Shown here in pieces: positions 11,820 through 24,200 of a DNA stretch of 33,548 bases. Location of the stretch: positions 1-33,548 of the forward strand of contig KZ539105.1 in NCBI GenBank assembly GCA_000934665.2. The letters run 5' to 3'. Positions within the stretch are counted from its first letter, which is position 1. Every line of letters begins with the position of its first letter. Made by a program: the position numbers and the translations under genes. This DNA comes from Catajapyx aquilonaris. Taxonomy: Eukaryota. The notes under the pieces were generated by a model, which was given only the letters and a program-made list of their open reading frames with translations, did no database searches and was not told where the DNA came from.

Positions 11820-11851
11820 AATAAAATGGTGTCATATCAATTCACTTTATT
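11820..11851. terminator. Facing poly(A) signals for TMEM256 (+) and TRIP12 (-)
   Basis: AATAAA on + at 11820-11825 and on - at 11846-11851, between the convergent stop codons at 11180 and 13257. Confidence 0.5.
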
Positions 11852-13256
11852 TTAAATATGTACAGCTGAAGGAACTGCATCACTTTTTATCCTTTTTTTT
11901 TCTGAGAAAGGTTATTCTGAAGACTTTGCATCTCTGCTCATACACAGCTATTCATTATGTGCAACTAAGGGTGGGGGGGAAACGGCAGCCAGTAGGGGCG
12001 GGGAGGATGTGTCGTTCAACAAAATGGCAACGAAGGACAACTGACGATCAAACCACCTTCCCAGGCAGCATGTTCTGAGCAACGTATGCACCAGTGTGTA
12101 TTGAGACACCGAAAACAAGGGGAACTTATATGACAGGCTTGACTTCGCTCCATACAATCGCTCTTTGTAACAAATGGCACTGTAGTGAAAAAGTCATGGG
12201 ACCAAACAACCTCTCTGGTTGCCACTTACAAGCTTTGACTCGAGGCGCAGTATTTAAGAACTCAAAAAGACATCCTGCAAGTCTTCCACACCTTCCTTCA
12301 GCTGACGAAACAAGGACAAAAAGTACAGAAAAATCAAAAATAACATGCAGGGGTCACATAACTGCACACTTCAGAACCATCACAGAACGTCTCTCTTTTT
12401 TTAGGGGGGCCCCACATGCCCTTCCTTTCCCCCTGTTCCCGCCCCCCTTGCAAAAAACCACCCCAAATATCTCTACCTAACCACGCTACCAAACACAGAC
12501 CAACGTTTGAATCGTCTTCCACTGCACTTTTTTTTCCCCACACACACGCACACAAAAAAACAGTTAAATCAAGTTGTCCATTCCATCATGTTTTAAAACT
12601 GTATGCAGGCACTTTTTGCGCAAAAAGACACACTCACGAGACAAAGACTCGGGATAAACTGGGCCTGGGGCAGAAAAAAGATAATCGGATGGAGATACGC
12701 CTTCTCAGTACAATTATATTACGGAACAACAAAACATGACCAATAGTTTTTTGTTGATTTTGCAGCTTTTTTTTCCAGTCCTGTACGGTACAATTATTAT
12801 GGCATAAACTTGGACTTGGCCCTTCCCCTTCCTCATTTATGATTAAAAAGAAACGTCACCTGGTGACCCTGGCATTGTGCAAGCGTCTTACAAATGCAAT
12901 CAATTCTTAAAATGCGTCCACTTAGTACAGGACACTTGTGCCAGGGCCTGGAACCACTTAATTGGGGCCGGGTAAGGGCGTGTTAAAAAGTCCACAATTC
13001 ACCTCTCACACAAAAAAATGTAATTCATAAGATTTCCCTCTGAACAAAAAACACTCGCACTTGCAAAAAAAACAGTTCAGATTCCTATTTCTTTTACTTT
13101 GAGGAACTGCGGTGACAAAAGTGATTTTTTTTCTCTCTTCCAATTAATATATTACCCTGAGGTTGTTGGCAAATCCTTAAAACAACCCCGAATCATTCCA
13201 GCTTTTCAACTATTTCCCTATCCCCTTCCCCTCTCCCTGACAACGGCAATGTTGCA

Positions 13257-15152
13257 CTAGGAGAGGTGGAAGGAGTGCTGTCCCTCCTCAGAGGCCACCC
13301 GGAGTTTGTCCCTCATGACCTCGATAGAGGAATAGTCGGGCAGCTTCAGGTAGTTGACACAAGTCATCACAGATGGCAAGAAGTCGTCTGGGTTCGCATT
13401 CGGCTCAAACGTCTTGCGTACTATCGTCAGGGGTGGCGACAGGCTCTTGAAACCTTCAGGAAGAGAGAGCAACACACATTAGTTCATCCACAGGACACCC
13501 TTAATTTATCACATCATCTAATGAACATAAATAATGATTTTATTTGGCATAAAAATGTTTTCAGGGTTAAATTGGAAGTAGAGAACTGGGGACCATGGCC
13601 TGTTGCATGCTAAAAAACATTATTGCATGGCAGAAGTTTCAGAAAATTATTTTCATCCACAAGGTCATGTGCAGCACACATATAAGCACAGGAAAAACTC
13701 AGCCTTAAAGGCAAATTTTTATCTGTTGCAAAATGACTTGTACAAAATGAAATAATCTAACGCCATTTCCTTTCGTTAGAGAGAATATCACAAGCAGAAA
13801 CTGACCTCCTACAGGGAGCCTAGGTGATCCAGTGACAAATTGCACGAAACACCTCTGCTCATCTTGGTTGTAGGCGCTGAGTATCTCAAAGAGGAAGCGT
13901 ATGGCCCTGGAGTCATGTGTGTAGCCATGGTCAGGCCTGCAACACTCCATCAGCATTTTAATGTCCCATGGGGAGTAGGAGCCCTGAGTGGCACCGCAGA
14001 AAACCAGCTCCAGTTCCTCTGGGTAAAACAGCCCCAACTGGCTCACAGGGAACACTGACTCAAACCCTTCTCTGAGAGCCTCCAGCTGACGACCAACACC
14101 CTCAAACAGGAACCAGTGAGTCACTAGCGACACATACTCTTCCAGGTTGTGCACTGTCACTGGCATGTCCCTTCCACCTTTCCGCAGCTCCACAGTGGGG
14201 TGGCCAGGAAGGGTGAAGTCCAGTCCAAGATCCTCCACACGACAACCGTCAAGCCCCAATTGGTCCACAGCCTGTCGTGACTCGTCATCACCGCCACGTG
14301 ACAATATTTCCCTCCGTCGAGTAGCCACATCATACAGGCGGTACATTGTCGTGGCAACTGCTGGCACCACCTGGGCCAATTCAGGCATTCCTACAGCCTT
14401 CTCTTGGCTCAAGAGCCACCGGTACAGTGCCAAGCTGAGTGGGAGATCCAGCATGCGCGAGTCCATAACTGCTTTGGCCATGAAGCGGCCCAGAAACCGA
14501 AACTTTGATTTCGCCTTAGACACCTGCGCCACTTTAGCCCCACGTCCAAGTGGCCTTGGGAACAGCCCCACAGGAGAGTATACATACTCAGCTGGCTTGC
14601 CTCCCGCTTCTATGGTAGACCGAACTGTGTCTCCCAACCACAAATCAAGGTCAGCCCTTTGCAATTCACGTGAAACCAGTGCATAAAACTCCAGTGTAGG
14701 GCCCAGTCCAGTGCCTACTTCATTCTCATACTGTATCTCCAGCAGGGCACGGGAAGTGCCTAGATCCTGCATGACTTGTTCTGCTTGCTTGAGAATGTCT
14801 TCACGAGCAATGGTCCTCTTACGCCGGTCCAGGCGTGGGGTGACACGCTCCTGTGAGTCAGATGAATTGAGCTCAGGCACTGAATCCAGGAGGCGTTGGA
14901 GTGCACGGTCTCGGTCAAAGGAGGTGGCATAGAAGAGAAGTTGCCGGGTCTCAAAAGGAAACAGAAAAGGGCAGGCCAAACCTATCTGCTGCAACCATCC
15001 TGGCAGGTTGCCTGTCATTATCACAAGTGGGTCTTGCAGCTGACGAAGGGCCTTGGCTGCCACCTGCAATAAAAATAAATGGTCTCTCACCCAAGAAACA
15101 AGGTACTAAAATTCATTATTTTCATCAGCTTTTTGAGAAAGCTTCTCTTGCC

Positions 15153-15204
<52 letters not shown>

Positions 15205-18200
15205 TGAGAGACAGGATACTGAAAAGTCACGAACCATGCACCTCGCATCATAACACAATTCAGCTCGACTTACCTTACTGTTGACAAACTCCTGCTGGGC
15301 CATAATGGGCTGATACTGTGGCAGGCGGTACAGAGATCCCCAATAACGATTGAGTGCATGAAGTACCCTGAGCAGATTCATGACTTCCAGAGAAGGGTCA
15401 TGGACAGTCACACTACTGGGGAGTTGCAGGTGGAGGAAGGGAGCAAGGGGGGATTGGCGGGAGGGAACAATGCCTTCAGTCCAGAGCTCATCTTTCTTCT
15501 TTGGGCTGTGCTTGTTGCTTGTACCCTTCCCCTTACGAGTGGAATTTGATGAGCTCCCTTTGCCACCTCCACTACCATCCTCTTCTGGTACAGGCCTATG
15601 TACAAGAGCAACATAACAATCATAAGTGCTGAATTTGTAATAATTCATATGCAGCAACCATTATTCATAATCCATACCAGGAGGTGGTCACTCCCCCCCT
15701 TTTGTGTGAGCTTAGCTCTTCTCCCCCACCGAGGGGGGGTTTGCCACGGGCGGTGCTAGTCTCTGCACCCAAGAAGAGTGGCGCCTAACCTGGCAGGAAA
15801 TTCTGAGCCATTTTGCTCGACTGATTGGCTGGAATAGTACAGGCCTCCTGCAGGAGGCCTTTACTACATCAGCCAAGCAAAAAGGCTCAGAATTGCCCGC
15901 CAGGTAAGGCGCCACTCTTCTTGGGCGCAGAGACTAGCACCGCCCGTGGCAAACCCCCCTCGGTGGGAGAGAAGAGCGAAGCTCACAGGGGGAGCAATGT
16001 ATAAGGTATACAAGTGACCAGGGGCTGATCCATTCAGTCATCTTTACCTGTAGTAGATAGTGTGAGTCTGCACCCAGATTCCAGCACTTCCAAGTGGCAC
16101 TTCACTGTCAGTGTCTGTTTCTGATTGGTCATTGGTGGCCGTGCTGTACTGCCTCATGGCCTGGTACACTGTCATGTTGTAGGGGAGTACATGCTCGCCG
16201 ATCAGGAACTGGAGCTTGTGCCTGGCTGCACCCTGGCTGATCACCACAGCAGCCTTCAAAAAAAAAAAATTAGGCTACAAACATTGTCACAGGCAAAGAG
16301 CCAGGACCAAATGCAACCTGTAGGTGACATTTACCATTGGTCGTGGTTCTCCCTAAGGGTTGAGGTAGATGCACAATGGTAGAGGGTGATGGGTAGGAAG
16401 AAAAAAAATAGCCTGCTCACATAATCTGCTCAGCTTCAAAAAAATTTGGTAACAAATTATTAATGAAAGCTTCCAAATGCTGGAACTTTTGTGATTGAAT
16501 ATGCACACCTGATGCTGCCAGTTGCAAAAATATTACACAATTCACAAGGTCAGTTTCTTCATATAAAAAATTAACCATACTGCCAAGAAATCGTTCACAT
16601 AGTTTTTCTCAGGAAAAAGGATGTCAGAAATACATTAACAGCAGGACAAAGGTACCACAGAGGTAAAATTATTTCCTCACCAACGGCCAGCCTCTTAGCT
16701 TACCAGTGTGTCATCAATGTCCTCCTCACTGTTGTCTTCATCTGAATCAGCCGAGTCCCTATCCCTGATGCGCCCATAGCCCCTCACAACCAGATATCGT
16801 TCAATGGCCTGGACCAGAGCAAGGGGATCAATCTTAACGGTGCCTCCTTTCCACTGCTTAAGGTTTGAGCAGCCAGGATGCCGCTGCAAGTTGCACTTCA
16901 GCTGATGTGTGTTGAAGAACTTGAGGGCACTCGTCCCTCCTCTGGAGCCTGCAGCACCTCCACCAGGTAGGTCATGTACTTTGACCGGAAACTGTTCCAA
17001 CTGGGTAACACACCCATTTAACTTGGCAACCAATGCAGCCATTGTTGGGGGATGCTGATGATTCAGTTTCACGCTGTTGTTGTTATTGTTGTTGTTGGCA
17101 AGAGTGGCACTGCAGGAGGTGGTCTCTTCCAGTGGGCAGCCAACAAAGACATGAAGGAAGGTGCGCAGGCGGCTGTCTCGAGGGCAATCTCCAATTTTAT
17201 CATCAGTGAGGAATCGAAGGAGGACACGGACTAGGCCACTGTGGTTCACTTCAAATGGGGATATGTCCGACTCAATCACTATATTGCACAGCTCTTGAAG
17301 GGCTTCTAGGCCGTCCTTGGGCTGAAGGAAATAATGTCAAATTTGTCATACAGCAACTTACAAGAAACAACAATGCATAAACAGCAACAAATCTGACATC
17401 TATATCCACATGTCACAATGGCTGAACACATACCTGGGTTTCCAGCTTCCCAAGGGCACATGTGAGGCGCCCAAGAACATTCATGGCCGGGTGTGAATTC
17501 CCACTGCTCTCCTCATCCTCAGTCTTCAGGTGGTCTTTCACGAATTGGTTGGCCTGGTCTCGGATCCATCCCTTCACCTTGTCCCTATTTCCTGCCAGAT
17601 TGGTGTTGCTGGGAGACTTTGGTATGGAGGGAGAGACTGATGGGCCTCCCTGCCCCACCCCAACTGATGGGGAACCCACCCCTCCAGATGCATCTTTCAG
17701 GTGAGCCCTGTCCACCTGGGGACTGGTGGCAGCCATGTTCCTCCCCCACCTTGCCGGATTGAGACTGGCTAGAAAGCCAGATGTCTTTGACGAGGTGCTG
17801 GCAAACTTGGATCGGCTGGTAGGTGTGGAGCGTCCTGAATCTCGACCAACTCCAGACCCAACTCCAGTGGCTGCTCCTACTCCACCACTAACATTTCCAG
17901 CTCCACCCACACCAGAAGAGGCTCCCAGAGATGTAGCCTTGGAGAAGAAGTCCTGCACTACTGACACAGGAAAGCTGCTCTCCTCCTGACGCACTTTGCG
18001 ATTAGAAGGCACTGAGCGCTTTGGTGCCCTCTTGCGCTTCAGGACATCACTTAGCCGCCTATGGAGGAGGAGGTAGACCATTGTAACAAGCACTTTCTTA
18101 ATACTACACATGCAGCAAACTTCTTTTGCAAAACTCACAGCTGAGAGGGAGTGGGTGAATGTTGGTCTGAGTCTTGGGCATGGTCATCTATTCCGCCAGG

Positions 18201-21200
18201 TGAGACTAATCCCAGGGCACCTGATGAAGCTCCCAAAAGATTACCATTGGGATTCATGTTGCTGATGCTGCTGATATTGCAGGGACTGGCTGAGACTCCA
18301 GCTGGGACAGATGGGCCAGCTTGAAGACAGTCATTGGCCCTCAGTGCCAGTCCACCCAAAGGAATCTCGGGATCAGCCAGGCGGCTTACCTGGTGCATAA
18401 CACCTGGAAACATACATCATTCTTGATATGCTTCAGACAATTTTCATTAATACACTAAAATTTCCATCAAGGTGAATCAGTTTGCACAAAGGTCAGGTCA
18501 ATGTAAGGGTCTTTTACTCCTCCTCACCTTCCCTCCGAAAGTGCACACCGAAGACCTCTGGCAGCTTCTGCATAAGGATGGTGGCCATTTGAAGGGCGCC
18601 CACCACAATCTTCAGGTCCTGGGATGCCATCATCCCTGCAATGTGACTGGAGACAAGCTGATTCTTGAGCACATCCTTGAGGAGGTTGGGACTGGCATAA
18701 AAGACCATGCGCAGTAGGGCCCGAAGGCACTTGTGGCGGACAGCTGGTCCTGCCGAGCTGCTGTATACTTCATACAACAGCGTGAACAGGGAGCGGATGA
18801 AGTTGGCTGCTAGATCTTGATCCTCTTGCAGGCATTCAATCCTGGCATCTGATTTTGCCAAGTTGTTAGCTTCCATGGAAAGACATTCATGTAGTTCATA
18901 CACTATCCACCAAATTACTTCAATTTTAATTTTTCAAGCAATGGTAGATTGCGATATTTTTTTAGAAGCCAATTGTTCATTAATAGTGGAACTAACGATA
19001 TTAATGTGTACAAAATCATACCCTCCAATAATATCTCCCCTTTGAACCTCGTAATCAGCATTCCAAAATCATTTATTTCATCTCCACCGAAAATCCCACT
19101 TCATGGCATGAACACACCTCTGCCCCCCAATTTCTACTGCTAGCATGTCATACTTTATGGCCCCTTACCACACATCAAAATAACCAAACCTGGAATATAG
19201 TGAGCCAGGTAGGTACTATCTGCATTTGCATTGTCATGGTCTGAGGAATCCACCTCGGAAGACTCAGCAGGGAGAGAAGTCTTGGATATGGAAAAACGTG
19301 GGTTAGAATGGTACGGCAGGATTGGGTCTGCTTCAAGGATGAATCCTGAACCTGAAGGGACCATAGTAGGTGCATCTAACGAGCTCTTGCTAATGGCACT
19401 AATTGGGAGAAATTCTGGAATGGAGTTGGTACGAAGTGGTGCCATCAAGTCCTGTAGGATTTGGTGGGAGTCAGGAACCATCAGAAGGTGATGAAGGAGA
19501 CTGATAGATTCCTCAGATACATCAAAATATTCTTCATCGTCATTGCCTGTTTGATGGCAGAGAGAGTAATGCATTGCAACATGACCTCCCTGCAAGCCCA
19601 TGGCAGATACAGAAAGGTCCACAACGTTACTGATTAAGTACAACCATAGAGGTAGCCATCCTGCCCCCGATCCCTCGCTTCCCCAATATGACATACCTTC
19701 CATAAAATAACAAGTACACTGAAATTGTCACGGAATTAAACAGTGTTACACCAAGAGTGACAAAAGCAATCCTCTGTCGAGATAATTCAGTCATATATGA
19801 TATCATATCATTCTGAGAGAGGAATATGTCAGATGTGGACAATACTCACAGTTGGCCATGTCACTTGGAAAAACTTTCCTCTGCACTGGCCTGGCTGTTC
19901 CTGTGTCCTCATTGATCTGCTGCATACTGTGGAAGTCAATGGTGTATGTCCTCCCCATTGTGGACAAGCTTATCTCATCCTCTCCGGCCTGGTGGGCCGC
20001 CTGGCACAATAATGAATAGGACCTCTTTTAACAAAAAACACGTCCCCGATGTTGGGAATAATTCAAAATTAAAATGCAGTTGCTGCCCTGAAACTTGTCA
20101 TTACATCTCAACTCCTTTCCATCAAAGCAAAATTTAATGACAAATATATCTTATTCTGTGACATTCTCATCATCACTTCATCACTTTCACACCATTTGTC
20201 AACAATCAGCTCAAACCATTGGCTATGCTGCCATCCCAAAGTAAAACACCCTAACTTGAAAACTAGTAAGGGTGAAGGTCCCATGCACGCCCTGCACTAA
20301 TCCCCTCTGAGTCAGGGGTATTAGTGCAGGGTGTGCATGCGACTTTCACCCTTACTAGTTTTCAAGTTAGGGGGTTTTACCTGGGGACGGCAGAATGGGG
20401 CACTCTTGCCTGGACAATATCAAACTTAGATACCCCAAATGCACAACTATACAGCTTCTAAGGACAGCAACTGCATGCAAGGTGGGCTCAGACCCACCTC
20501 GATGATCCTGGAGTCTATCACGCTGTAGGAGTGCCAAATGCCCCTGTCATCCCGCCACTGCCACTGAACTGCATCATGTTGTCCATTAACAGGCTTCATC
20601 AGCAGCATGTCAATGCCAAATATTCCATCACCAGGTAGGCGAGGCATCAGTTCCCCAATAAGGGCAGTTATCTCATACAACTCCTGTGGGCTCCGGGAAA
20701 CTAACTCAACCTATATTCAAGACACAAAACAAAATTTCAGAGACTGCTCTCAAGCTCACATGACTCATGTCCATCTATAAAGGTGAAGAATGGACACGCA
20801 AATCGAAAGCTACAGTACGTTTTGTACCTCCTCTGAGGCAGCATCACTTGGGCCAGTCAAGAGGTAGCAGAGGGTGTCTGCTATGTTGTGTCGGAGAAGA
20901 CGGACAGCCAGCTCTGGGCAGTTGGCACACATGATGGACAGCATTCGCAGCACAGTTATAAAGGTGCCAGTGCTTATCACAGGCGGGGTCACCACCAGCT
21001 GGATAATGTAAATATATTGCAACGATCATATGAAGTTTCTAATCATGCAGATCAAGAATTGGGAGGTTCCAGTTAGCGTGTATTATGGTACCAGACAACA
21101 CAGCCAAGATATTCTGCTCTATCATTGGGCATGTTCAGGAAAAAGCTGAGATACACCCCCTGGCCTAGGCATGAAATGGCTTTTCGTTCGTTCTCTCATC

Positions 21201-24200
21201 CATTAATTCAAAACATGTGAAGTTACTATCAAGACAAAACTTCGCAAACCAGTCCCCATTTTCATTTGGATTACACATCCTAAAATCTAAAAATCTCTCA
21301 AGGCTAACAAAACTTTCCAATGGGTGCATATGGTGGCTACTGACCAGTTGCTGGAGGTTGGAAAGGAGGTCAGCACTGGCAATCTCCTGGAGCCTGGAGG
21401 AGTCATTCTGGAAGCTGTCCACCAAGCGGCTGAATGCAAGGCAAACGCTCTCCACACTTTTCTTATCCTGCTGGGTGAGCCGCCCTGCCAAGAGAGGTAA
21501 GGATTCGCCCACATAGTGGAATTCATCAGCATGCAGGTTTTGGCAGCAATTTGCTGTCACAGCCAGTGCAGCCCGTTGCGCATTGATGCTGAAGAAGTCT
21601 AGATACATCAGGCAGGCAGCCACACCTCTCTAAAGCAAATAAAATAAACAGAGTTGTTAGTTACTATTATCAGATTCTGTACAACCCCCTTACAAAAGAT
21701 GAATTTTCCAAACAACATGCCACTGTCCCCATTAGAATTAAAAAAAGGTCATTTGACCTGTTTCCTTTTTGACATGGCTTATTCATGGCCCTATTTCTGT
21801 CCCACAGACCCAAAACTTGCAGTAATACAAGTATAATGGGTGTTTGTTTGATCACATTGTTAATTCATAATACAATAACTCACTGCCTGTAGAATGGGTT
21901 TGCTGTGCCGCCTCGACAGCATCTCCAGGGCAGTGAGGCTCTGTTCAGCCACATCCATGCACTGGATGACCTGCAGTTTTTCCAGGAAGACAGGCACAGC
22001 CTCCACTACTACAGCAGAGGAGCGTGGCAAGGCCTCCATCATGTAAGTGAGGGCCCGGCAGGCATGATTCATCATATCAAAATTGTGCTCCATGCTCAGC
22101 AGGGTGATGAGCGCTGGGACCACCTGCTTGACAGGAAAACCTGCCAGAGTGTCCTCATTACCCATCACTAGCAACTGGCACATCTCAATCACTGCTTGCA
22201 GTTGCTGCCCTTCATCCCCCACAGCCTGAAGCCCCTGCAGGAGCTGCTGGGCCTTGGAGGCAGTGCTAGTGCCCATGCTTCGATGGAGGAGGTGCTGCAT
22301 GCGTGGACCAAGAGCACCAAAGAGGTGAGGTGGAAGACCTCTGGCCTCCAGGAGAGCCTGGAGACGGCCCATCTCGTTGTCGTCACTTTCGCTGTCTGCT
22401 GAGGAGGCCATTGCTGAAGCACCTGTTCCCATAGCTGTTGCTGAAAAGGTGACAGCCAAGTGCATTTCGTGGAATGAAGAAAAATGCCTTCTGGCTAAAC
22501 ATTGACCTCAGCACAAACTTAAGATAAGCACATCAGTCTTGAGTGTTTGATCTATTCTCAAAAAGAAGAAAAAACTGGTGACCTTCCCCAAACCCTACTA
22601 TATGTAACAATATGACAATCACAGTTTTTCATATTTTCACCTGATTTCAAAAAATTCGCGTAAAGTATTATATCACGGTAATAAAATGAATTTCCAGAAG
22701 CAGTTCCATTTTATAGTGACAAATTTCTACCTGGTCTGCAGTAACTATATTTTGTCCTAAGTCAGATCTCGTACAGTACCATTTATATTTCTCTTGTATG
22801 GCTCATATTCATTATCATCATAACAGGTGGAACAAAAAATCTGATCTGATCAATAGCTCATCTGTCGCCTCACATTCAGGTGTCAAAAACACATCATTGG
22901 GTGTGTGTTTCAAAATTTAGCTTGCATATGTATGACCAGAAATGTCATGAATGTCCACATGTCCTGTTGGTACCCCAAGGGAGAAGGTATGAAGGAAGTT
23001 GCCCATTGGGAGTGTGCCTTCAGTTCTTCTGAGAAACATTTGCTGGGTGCACCCAAGTTCAGGACACAGTAGAATCCCCAACATTTCCAACATGGATTTT
23101 GGATTAATACTGAGACACTTGGTCATAACTCCCCATTGAAGGTTAGAGGGTCAAGATATGCAGTAGTGTGGATCTGCAAAATTTTAACCAAGAAGGGTCT
23201 CAGCTGACTTCTGTTCCACCAGGCATATAGCTCCTATTTCTGTGTCAGTTCCTAATGCATATCATGTCACATTTCTAAGTATAACAACAAGAATAGGGAA
23301 TAACAAAAAACATACTCTCCTAAGAGACCAACAAAATGGTGTGCAACTGGAAGAGGTCTGCAACAAATACCAACTCACGAAGTTCCTATTTTGCACAATT
23401 CACATTGTGTTATCACAATACTATGGAAATGATGTTTTATAGCCTTTACATGTTTGACACTACACAAGTGCAACTACTGACACTACGGTATTACAAGACC
23501 ATATTATTGATCTTGCAAATTGCAAGTCCAGATAATTGAAGACGTCACTTGCCAAAGGGCCCAACTCCATGAGGTTAAATTTTTCAGGAGAGACTACAAA
23601 CTGCATACCGTATATGAGTAATTGCTCTATTTAGAGTTTCCCAGTTTATGATGCTCATAGGGAACCATTATACATACCTAGTGTCATAGACATCATCTAC
23701 TGGAAAGCAATAAGTCAGAGTCTCTTGAAGGTCAAAATCAGTGGAGCTGGGTCCTTTGGCAAATGACTGCCCACACCAACATTTCCTGTCGCAATTTCAG
23801 TGGTACATAGTCATGCCTGTCCATCTGAACCTATCATATTCGTAAAGTAGGACTACAAAGAAAGGTGTGACCAGTTTTATTTCCCTATGTTAATTATAAT
23901 TACCGGTACTATTAACATTTGCATCCAGTCTCTTGCCAAAGGGCCCAACTTAAGTAGTAGGCAATGGACTGCAATCATCACATTCAATTTTAAGGCACTT
24001 CTGATTGACTTTGGCCCTTCATCTTCACCAGGGCTGTGAGGCCTGACTCCCAAGAGTAGGAATCCGCAATAAAATGGTTTTTCGAAATTTTGGGAGTTGG
24101 GCCCTTTGGCAAGTGACATCTTCAATTTCATTCAAGCATGGCTGAAATTTTTAATATACTTCACTAACTGATTAGGTTTTATGCAACCCGAAGCATCACA

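Noticed and set aside
14901..15284. Poly-Tyr and poly-Asn ORF segments
   Set aside because: They are translations of the intronic (TAT)14 repeat.
22917..23175. Possible additional or poison exon in TRIP12 intron 3
   Set aside because: An acceptor exists near 23174, but the TRIP12 frame stops within eight codons and I found no convincing donor.
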